From: an uncultured Candidatus Saccharibacteria bacterium
GTDB taxonomy: Bacteria > Patescibacteriota > Saccharimonadia > Saccharimonadales > CAZLKQ01
Length of the DNA stretch: 24,000 bases
Direction: 5' to 3'
Assembly (NCBI GenBank): GCA_964560175.1
Contig: CAZLKQ010000004.1
Coordinates: 8,019 to 32,018 of the forward strand
Positions 1-6,550 of the stretch are shown one piece after another. The notes under the pieces were generated by a model. That model was given only the letters and a program-made list of their open reading frames with translations, was not told the DNA's origin and did no database searches. The position numbers and the translations under genes were made by a program. Position 1 is the first letter of the stretch, and every line of letters begins with the position of its first letter.

Positions 1-58
1 CAAAAACACCTAAATGTCAATACAGTCGGAGAATCTGTTTGACTAATTATCCTTATTT

Positions 59-970
59 ATGCATGATCATAGAATGAATTCTGACCTACTCATAGCGACT
101 TTAGCTGGACTTTCAGCAATGGTCGGCTGGGGTTTTGCAGATTTTTTCGCCAAGAAGACGATTGATATAGTGGGTGATCTGGTGTCTTTGGCTTGGGCCC
201 ATATCTTTGGAGTAGCGGTAATACTGGGCTTTGTACTAACCCGGGTACTTTCTAAAGGTGAATTAACAGGTATACCCGACAACTATTCTGAAATGCTAAT
301 GCTGTTATTTTTTGGCGCGCTACAAGCGATGGTCTACTTTTTTGTCTACAGAGGCTTCGGTAAAGGAAAACTTTCCCTGTTGAATCCGGTATTCTCATCC
401 TATTCCGCATTTGTCGTAATATTGTCCGTGTTTATTTTTGGCGAAGCAGTCGGACTCTCAGTTTTGTTTGTATTAGCATTGGTTTTTCTGGGGATTATGT
501 TGATAAATATTGACGAAGAATCTATTGAGCTAAGAAGAGTAAAATTCCTTCAGATCCAAGGAATAAAGGACATCCTTGTGGCAGTGGTTTTGGCCACAAT
601 TTGGACAATTTCTTGGGGGCGCTTTGTTGCCAACAAAGACTGGCTAATATATGCGGCTTTTATGTACGTATTTATGTCCATAACGATACTTGTTATTTGC
701 TTGATGACTAATGCAAAACTAAAGATTACCAAGAGCGGTATTTGGAAGTATTTTTTTTTAATAGGCTTTTCCGAAGTCATTGCCTATGTAGGTATTAGTA
801 TTGGGTATAGCCTTACCTCGCATTTAAGCATTGTAGCTGTGCTAAGTGCTGCCTTCTCTGTTCCTACCATAATACTGGCACATTATTTCTTAAAAGAGAA
901 AATCACAAAGCTTCAGCTATTTGGAGTTATGACGGTTATAGTTGGTGTGGTTTTGATTTCCTTGATATAG
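59..970 (+). CDS. EamA/DMT-superfamily-like polytopic permease
   Basis: 303-aa ORF that is almost entirely hydrophobic. About 10 helices fall into two ~140-aa halves, the architecture typical of EamA repeats. The N-terminal helix carries a WGFADFFAKK-type motif. Family assigned from architecture only. Confidence 0.6.
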   Translation: MHDHRMNSDLLIATLAGLSAMVGWGFADFFAKKTIDIVGDLVSLAWAHIFGVAVILGFVLTRVLSKGELTGIPDNYSEMLMLLFFGALQAMVYFFVYRGFGKGKLSLLNPVFSSYSAFVVILSVFIFGEAVGLSVLFVLALVFLGIMLINIDEESIELRRVKFLQIQGIKDILVAVVLATIWTISWGRFVANKDWLIYAAFMYVFMSITILVICLMTNAKLKITKSGIWKYFFLIGFSEVIAYVGISIGYSLTSHLSIVAVLSAAFSVPTIILAHYFLKEKITKLQLFGVMTVIVGVVLISLI

Positions 971-994
971 TTACCGAGAAAGAAAAAAACAAAA

Positions 995-2131
995 ATGGTA
1001 CCAAACAAGCTAGAAATCATCGAACAAGCACGTGATCTTAAATATAAGACACCCTTTTTCTATACCAGTAAGAGTATCTTAAAAAATAACTATGAAAGCT
1101 TTACCCACCTATTTGACAATGAAGAGGTTTACTATGCTATCAAAGCCAATTCTGATATAAAAATACTTGAGTACCTAAAAAAACTTGGTTGTGGTTTTGA
1201 AGCTGCATCTTTTTTTGAAATTAAATTACTTTTAGATCTCGGAGTAAAACCAGGAAAAATAATATACGGAACCTCTGTCAAACCAGCGAACCACATTAGA
1301 CTTGCTATGAAAAGCGGAGTCAATCGTATGGCCGCTGATTCAAAAGAAGAAATTGAAAAAATTGCAAGCAATGCGGCTGGAGCGAAAATTTTTGTCAGAG
1401 CTCAGGTTAATGATTCGGATAGTGTATTCGCTTTTTCAGAAAGATTTGGCTCTCCCCTGGAAAATATTGTTGATTTGCTGCTGTATGCAAGAAAACGTGG
1501 TCTGACACCATATGGCATAAGTTTTCATGTCGGTTCTCAAGCAATACACGTAGAACATTGGTCAGATGCCATCTTAAGTCTTAAGCCAATTATTGAAAAG
1601 CTTCAGAAGTCAGGTTTAGAGTTAGAAATAATCAACATCGGTGGTGGTTTTCCCGTAACATACAATAACCACAAGCAGGTACCCCATCTTAGCGACATTG
1701 TTGAGCATATACATAACACTATCCACTTACTTCCTTATATGCCCAAAATTATCATGGAACCCGGACGTGGCATAGTTGCCACCTCCACAGTAATGGTATC
1801 AGAAGTTATATCAAGAACCACAAGACGTGGTAAAGATTGGTTAGTTTTGGATGGCGGAGTATACAACTGCCTTTATGAAGCAATGATACATCAAGGTACG
1901 ACGCAATATGAAGTGCATACCACAAGGAAAGCCAGAAAGGACACCGAATTGAGCCCATATGTACTATCCGGTCCTACTGGAGACAGCATAGATATAATTA
2001 CTCGTGACATTAGTCTGCCATCTTCTATAAAAGTTGGCGACAGATTGATATTTGAAAATGCCGGTGCATATACAATAACCATGTCAAGTCCCTTTAATGG
2101 ATTTCCCAAACCAGAACTTTATCTAGGTTGA
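995..2131 (+). CDS. PLP-dependent alanine-racemase-fold decarboxylase (ornithine/lysine/arginine/DAP decarboxylase family 2)
   Basis: 378 aa. Motifs: YAIKAN (PLP lysine), FHVGSQ, GGGFP (phosphate-binding Gly loop), EPGRGIVA and SGPTGDSID (aligns to GPTCDxxD of ODC-type enzymes). Substrate cannot be assigned. Confidence 0.8.
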   Translation: MVPNKLEIIEQARDLKYKTPFFYTSKSILKNNYESFTHLFDNEEVYYAIKANSDIKILEYLKKLGCGFEAASFFEIKLLLDLGVKPGKIIYGTSVKPANHIRLAMKSGVNRMAADSKEEIEKIASNAAGAKIFVRAQVNDSDSVFAFSERFGSPLENIVDLLLYARKRGLTPYGISFHVGSQAIHVEHWSDAILSLKPIIEKLQKSGLELEIINIGGGFPVTYNNHKQVPHLSDIVEHIHNTIHLLPYMPKIIMEPGRGIVATSTVMVSEVISRTTRRGKDWLVLDGGVYNCLYEAMIHQGTTQYEVHTTRKARKDTELSPYVLSGPTGDSIDIITRDISLPSSIKVGDRLIFENAGAYTITMSSPFNGFPKPELYLG

Positions 2132-2182
2132 CAAGTGTTCGCTAAAAGCATAATGTAACGAAAAGGCTTATGTTTTAATATC

Positions 2183-3022
2183 ATGAAAACAAACGGATTT
2201 CAGAAATTTTTTGCAGTTTTCTTTGTTTTTATACTGACACTTTGGGCATACATACAAGTGCGTGGTTTCACCGGTGAAAATGCTAGCACTATTAATTTCT
2301 GGTATTCATTTCTATTTGGTCTGATTCCGTTTTTTGGTGGTTTGATCGGCATGCTTAAATCAAACATCTGGGGCGGCCTAAAGAGTGTGCTTGGAAAAGC
2401 GATCTTCTTCTTCTCGTTGGGATTGTTTATGTGGGGGTTTGGTGAAAATATTTGGTCTTATTACAATTTTTTTGTTGGCGAGCCAGCACCATACCCCTCT
2501 ATAGCTGACATCGGTTTTGCTCCAAGTATATTTTTCTGGATAATTGGCACATATTACTTAGCAAAAGCTAGTGGAGCGATGATAGCCTTTAAAAATCATA
2601 CTTGGGCCAAGGTACTTGCATATGTTGTGCCCATAGCCCTATCTATTGTTTCCTACCATGTGCTAGTTAACATAGCGCGTGGTGGAGTCCTTGTTCCCGA
2701 AGGTGAGACTTCTCTAAAAGTGATACTGGATATTGCATACCCACTTGGTGATTTTCTTGCCCTTACTTTTGCACTTGTTGTATTTGCGCTAACACGAAAA
2801 TATCTAGGTGGAATTTATCGAGGTGCTATTGGTTGTATTTTGTTTGGTTTGGCAATGATGTATTTCGGTGATTTTAGTTTTTCATATACCACAACTGCTG
2901 GGACATTTTACAACGGCAACTGGGGGGATCTATTGTTGGCAAGCGGTAATTTCTTTATGACTTTTGGTATTTTAGGTTTTGCAACTAAACCAAAAGTTTC
3001 TAAGGTAGATTTGGCTGCGTGA
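2183..3022 (+). CDS. polytopic integral membrane protein, unknown function
   Basis: 279-aa ORF with about 7-8 hydrophobic segments rich in aromatic residues. No motif recognised. Its stop lies 1 nt before the next ATG. Confidence 0.6.
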   Translation: MKTNGFQKFFAVFFVFILTLWAYIQVRGFTGENASTINFWYSFLFGLIPFFGGLIGMLKSNIWGGLKSVLGKAIFFFSLGLFMWGFGENIWSYYNFFVGEPAPYPSIADIGFAPSIFFWIIGTYYLAKASGAMIAFKNHTWAKVLAYVVPIALSIVSYHVLVNIARGGVLVPEGETSLKVILDIAYPLGDFLALTFALVVFALTRKYLGGIYRGAIGCILFGLAMMYFGDFSFSYTTTAGTFYNGNWGDLLLASGNFFMTFGILGFATKPKVSKVDLAA

Positions 3023-3023
3023 C

Positions 3024-3308
3024 ATGAGTGATATATCTAATATAGCGACGAAGATTATTGAGGAGCAGGAGGCGATTATTGGGCCGGTGGCTTTGGAGCA
3101 GGCTAGGCAAGTCAGTGGTCTCAAGATCACCTGGGATAAGAACAAGCACGATGTGACCATCGATGGTGATTCATCTGAAGTAGTAAACAATTTGGTCAAG
3201 AAATACCAGGCGCTGTTTGGCCAAACCTCTGTCGAAGTCTGCAAAGACGCTGTGGCTAGCATTCTCAGCAGCCTGCCATCTGAAAAAGTCCCAGCGTTGC
3301 TGAAGTAA
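3024..3308 (+). CDS. small soluble hypothetical protein
   Basis: 94-aa acidic ORF. Its ATG is 1 nt after the upstream TGA (gcgTGAcATG), suggesting translational coupling. No family recognised. Confidence 0.5.
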   Translation: MSDISNIATKIIEEQEAIIGPVALEQARQVSGLKITWDKNKHDVTIDGDSSEVVNNLVKKYQALFGQTSVEVCKDAVASILSSLPSEKVPALLK

Positions 3309-3316
3309 AACTTCAG

Positions 3317-3430
3317 CCGTTATCCGTTAACTATTCACCATTAGCCGTACATTAACCGTTAACCTTTTGCCATGGGAAATGGCAGATGGAAAACGTATGG
3401 AAAATGGAAAATAGACGATGGAAAACGAAT
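3317..3430. repeat. heptad-built imperfect palindrome, copy A (apex CCATGG 3370-3375)
   Basis: Left arm has CCGT/CCAT cores at 3317, 3324, 3338, 3345, 3356 and 3370. Right arm has ATGG cores at 3372, 3379, 3386, 3397, 3404 and 3418. Hand count in ungapped register: 36 Watson-Crick plus 5 G:T of 56 positions. Confidence 0.8.
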
Positions 3431-3438
3431 AAAGCATT

Positions 3439-3444
3439 TATACT
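3439..3444 (+). promoter_or_regulatory. -10 box TATACT, 6 nt upstream of ATG 3451 (leaderless-type promoter)
   Basis: Hexamer read directly. There is no Shine-Dalgarno between it and the start. The same geometry recurs at other genes in the window. Confidence 0.45.
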
Positions 3445-3450
3445 ATCCTT

Positions 3451-4836
3451 ATGCTTCGAACTAGAAGGGTAGGTATAGCTGCCCAAAACACCAACGACAT
3501 CTCTCATATCACCCAGGAGATGTACAAAAAGAACCTCGAGCTCAACGAGCGCAACAAGACATTGTCTCTGCTGCGGCGGATCGATGATATCGTCATCAGT
3601 CCGGAAAATGATACCAGCGATGTCATGAACAGGATCGCTGAGGCTATCATTGAAGGCACAGATTTTAGCAGCGCTTTGATCGGCTTAATCGACAAATCCA
3701 ATGGCACCATCAATTTTTACGGCCGAGCCGGCGACAAAGATGATTTAGGTAAAGTGCCGTCTCGGCCGCTAAGGCTGCTGACCTATGGCAAACTGCATGA
3801 CTGCGCCAAAGAACTCAAGAACACTGAATACAAGAGCCTGTCTGAAATTTTCCCACAAGAGCCTGATCATGTTACTTCGGATGGGGCAGGCACGGTCTTT
3901 TTGATGCCATTGATTGCCCGGCGCCAACCGATCGGCTTATTTATCATCCACAGCCCACAGACTAAAGAGGATCTATCAGATTTCAAAAAAACTTTACTTG
4001 AACGGCTGGTCAATGTCATCGGCATTGCCATCGACAGCAAACAACTCTACGAACAAGTCGTCGAAGCCAGCGCTGAGCTGCGCGTCAAAAATAAAAAACT
4101 CAAAGAACTGGACAAAGCCAAAGACGAATTTATCTCGATGGCCAGCCACCAGCTGCGGACACCACTGACCACAGTTAAAGGCTATATCTCAATGATGCTC
4201 GACGGCGACGCTGGCAAACTCGGCGAGCAGCAACATAACTTGTTGGACCTGGCCTATTTTTCCGCCCAACGGATGGTTTTTTTGATTACTGATCTACTCA
4301 ATGTGTCCAGGATAAATACCGGCAAATTCGTTATCGAATCAGCACCAGTAAATCTGCTCAGCGTTGTGACCTCAGAAATTGCCCAATTGCAGCAAACGGC
4401 CGCAACCCGCAATGTCCAGTTGGTCGCCGAGCTGCCAAAGGAATTCCCGACGGTCTATCTCGATGAGAACAAAACCCGCCAGGTAATGATGAACTTTATC
4501 GACAATGCCCTGTACTACACGCCATCAGGCGGCACGGTGCGGGTCCAGCTGGAACGGACACCTGACGCCATCGAATTCCGGGTGGTCGACAATGGCATCG
4601 GCGTGTCCGAGGCTGACAAGAAGAAACTGTTTGCCAAATTCTACCGAGCCGACAATGCCCGCGAGCAACGGCCTGACGGCACCGGCCTGGGCCTATTTAT
4701 GGCTAAAAAAGTCATCGCCTCGCAAAATGGCACGATCATTTTTGAGAGCCAGCTAGGCAAAGGCTCGACTTTTGGCTTTCGCTTCGCTCTAGCTATCGTC
4801 GGGAAAATGCCACCGAGTAGTGTAAGTAGCCAGTAA
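3451..4836 (+). CDS. cytoplasmic GAF-domain sensor histidine kinase (HisKA + HATPase_c)
   Basis: 461 aa. H-box SHQLRTPLT, N-box NFIDNALYYT, G1 DNGIGV, F-box FAKFYRAD, G2 GTGLGL. The N-terminal ~200 aa is GAF-like and preceded by a coiled-coil-like segment. No TM segment. No response regulator in the window. Confidence 0.9.
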   Translation: MLRTRRVGIAAQNTNDISHITQEMYKKNLELNERNKTLSLLRRIDDIVISPENDTSDVMNRIAEAIIEGTDFSSALIGLIDKSNGTINFYGRAGDKDDLGKVPSRPLRLLTYGKLHDCAKELKNTEYKSLSEIFPQEPDHVTSDGAGTVFLMPLIARRQPIGLFIIHSPQTKEDLSDFKKTLLERLVNVIGIAIDSKQLYEQVVEASAELRVKNKKLKELDKAKDEFISMASHQLRTPLTTVKGYISMMLDGDAGKLGEQQHNLLDLAYFSAQRMVFLITDLLNVSRINTGKFVIESAPVNLLSVVTSEIAQLQQTAATRNVQLVAELPKEFPTVYLDENKTRQVMMNFIDNALYYTPSGGTVRVQLERTPDAIEFRVVDNGIGVSEADKKKLFAKFYRADNAREQRPDGTGLGLFMAKKVIASQNGTIIFESQLGKGSTFGFRFALAIVGKMPPSSVSSQ

Positions 4837-4853
4837 GGTGTAGGAAGTAGGAA
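4817..4853 (+). repeat. (G)TAG heptad array E1 overlapping the histidine-kinase stop codon
   Basis: GTAG at 4817 and 4826, GTAA at 4833 (contains the real stop TAA 4834-4836), then GTAG at 4840 and 4847. The last four are in exact 7-nt phase. Confidence 0.5.
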
Positions 4854-4857
4854 GCTT

Positions 4858-4879
4858 GCGTGAGGAGTGCTCCTCACGC
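4858..4879. other. perfect 10-bp inverted repeat hairpin (GCGTGAGGAG tg CTCCTCACGC)
   Basis: Read directly. It is followed by AAAAAA on + (TTTTTT precedes it on -), so it is not a canonical intrinsic terminator in either direction. Confidence 0.4.
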
Positions 4880-4892
4880 AAAAAAGGTGAAT

Positions 4893-4940
4893 CAAAAAGT
4901 CCCGCTCTTTGTGGGCGGGACTTTATAAGTTTTATTTTTT
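4893..4940. terminator. bidirectional intrinsic terminator between the convergent histidine-kinase gene and the surface-protein operon
   Basis: Stem AGTCCCGC/GCGGGACT at 4898-4922. On + it is followed by TTATAAGTTTTATTTTTT. On - it is followed by TTTTT (AAAAA at 4894-4898 on +). Confidence 0.65.
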
Positions 4941-4942
4941 AT

Positions 4943-6538
4943 TTATTTGAGTAAAGCGCTTTTCAGTGCTCGCTTTGAGCGGAACCAATTTCCGATGGTG
5001 GCGCCCAATGCGCTGGTACCGACGAAGGCACTCATGGCAGCTCCCGGACCAGTTCTTGGCAGGGTGGTCGGAGTCGTAGGAATGCTGACTTCACACAAGT
5101 TTTGGGTTGTGCCTTCCGAAGTAACGATCTTTACGCTGGCTTTTAGATTACCGGCGGCTGGGTAGGTGTGGTTGATCACGTTGGTATCAACAGTTGCAGT
5201 TTGGCCGTCGCTAAAAGTGAAGATGTATTGTTTGGCAGTCACACCTGGGCTGAGCTTTGGAGTAGCGGTAAACTTGTACGACAAGTCGCCTATTTTGCTG
5301 GCCGTCAGGCCGTCGCAAGTAAAGCTGACCGCTTGGTCACAGCCATTACCTGGCTGGTCACCGTTTTTGTCGATGAACACCTTGGCATCATCTGATTTTT
5401 CAGTTACATCCTTGGCTCGCACAAATGCTACGTTCTTGAACTCACATGGTCCTTCTGGATCAATGGTTGTTCGGAAGGTTACAAAGCCGTTGCCATTTGG
5501 AGCGTAGTTGCCGACATTCATGCCGCCGGCGCCTAGAGCAGTATCATTTTGCTTGGTGCCAGGGTTGGCATTGTCCCACCAACGGATGCTGTTTGGAACC
5601 AAATTCAGTCCTGCTGGCATTTGGTCGCGAATCGTGATGTCATTAGCAACGTCTGTACCGCTGTTTTTGTAGTCAATTCTCCAGGTCAGAGTCTCGTCAG
5701 GTGAAGTGGTCAAGTCTTCCTTGAATTCACCCTTCCAGTCTTCGCTGCCGTCACTATTGTTAGAGATGGTAACTTTCTTGTTCAGATCGACATTGGCTGC
5801 TACGACCTTAACCTTGACGTAAACTCGGGTTGCAAACTCGAAACAACCGGGAAATTCACCGCTAGGGTTGATAGTACCATTTTGGTCCTGTCCCAGCTTT
5901 GTACCAGATCCGACAATGTTGTCAGACAGTGTTTGCAAAGTAGTATTTTGCTTGGCAGTCAAAGCCTTAGCCGAGCCTGGAACATATTCTATTCCAAAGA
6001 CCATATTGTCATTCTTTAGTTGGGATTCATCCCAAATCTCTACGGCTTTGTTCTTGCCATCGCTGCCACCAGCTGCCCACAAGTGAGCTTGCAGGTCGTG
6101 GCCGTTAGCGTTGCCATCGTCAAAGTCCAGTCGGACATTGGTATTTAGAGCAACACCGTCGCCGACACCGTTTCCGTCAGTGTCAGTGGTGTTTAATCCA
6201 GGTAGTGCAGTGTTGTGTACATATACACGCACCCAGTATTCTTGGCCAGCTTCTGCTAATTGGTCTTCTTGGTAGACATCATCTACAGGATTGTCATCTA
6301 CAGCTTTGGAAATTCGCACAAAGTTGCGTTCATCACCGTAGCCGGGAGCGTTAACGAAGTTGTTAAACTCGGGTCCGGTAGTGGCACCCTGTTCACCAGG
6401 CCATGTGTAAGTAGGCAGTGGGCTAGCTGAACCGTAAGCAAATACGATTGCTGGCAATCCTAGTACTAATAGGCCGACTAACACAGTTCTTAGTTGCTTG
6501 GAAAGATGCTTGAAATAGTTGGTAATTGATCGTGTCAT
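4943..6538 (-). CDS. sortase-anchored (LPRTG) cell-surface protein with DUF11-like and PKD-like Ig-fold repeats
   Basis: 531 aa. N-terminal signal peptide (LVGLLVLGLPAIVFAYG). The C-terminus is LPRTG (codons 5048-5062), then a hydrophobic stretch, then the basic tail RSKRALK. A DUF11-like segment reads TLTWRIDYKNSGTDVANDITIRDQMPAGL. A PKD-like segment reads YIFTFSDGQTATVDTNVINHTYPAAGN. SD AAGGAG lies 7 nt upstream of the ATG. Confidence 0.85.
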   Translation of the reverse strand: MTRSITNYFKHLSKQLRTVLVGLLVLGLPAIVFAYGSASPLPTYTWPGEQGATTGPEFNNFVNAPGYGDERNFVRISKAVDDNPVDDVYQEDQLAEAGQEYWVRVYVHNTALPGLNTTDTDGNGVGDGVALNTNVRLDFDDGNANGHDLQAHLWAAGGSDGKNKAVEIWDESQLKNDNMVFGIEYVPGSAKALTAKQNTTLQTLSDNIVGSGTKLGQDQNGTINPSGEFPGCFEFATRVYVKVKVVAANVDLNKKVTISNNSDGSEDWKGEFKEDLTTSPDETLTWRIDYKNSGTDVANDITIRDQMPAGLNLVPNSIRWWDNANPGTKQNDTALGAGGMNVGNYAPNGNGFVTFRTTIDPEGPCEFKNVAFVRAKDVTEKSDDAKVFIDKNGDQPGNGCDQAVSFTCDGLTASKIGDLSYKFTATPKLSPGVTAKQYIFTFSDGQTATVDTNVINHTYPAAGNLKASVKIVTSEGTTQNLCEVSIPTTPTTLPRTGPGAAMSAFVGTSALGATIGNWFRSKRALKSALLK

Positions 6539-6550
6539 CTTGATTCTCCT

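Noticed and set aside
3317-3430. Heptad arrays as a CRISPR array or as an oriC/DnaA-box cluster (TTATCCATT and TTATCCGTT resemble TTATCCACA)
   Set aside because: The 7-nt period with no unique spacers is incompatible with CRISPR. Multiple dispersed copies, inverted-arm symmetry and the absence of dnaA/dnaN context argue against an origin. The DnaA-box resemblance is only 6-7 of 9.
3914-4756. Alternative-frame + strand ORFs inside the histidine-kinase gene (3914-4168, 4505-4756)
   Set aside because: They lie inside a gene whose frame carries all the kinase motifs. Their products are low-complexity (S/K/A/R-rich), which is typical of off-frame reading of GC-richer coding sequence.
4947-6086. 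Several 60-113-aa + strand ORFs antisense to the LPRTG surface protein gene
   Set aside because: They are antisense shadows of a long, well-supported minus-strand gene. I saw no start signals and no recognisable motifs.
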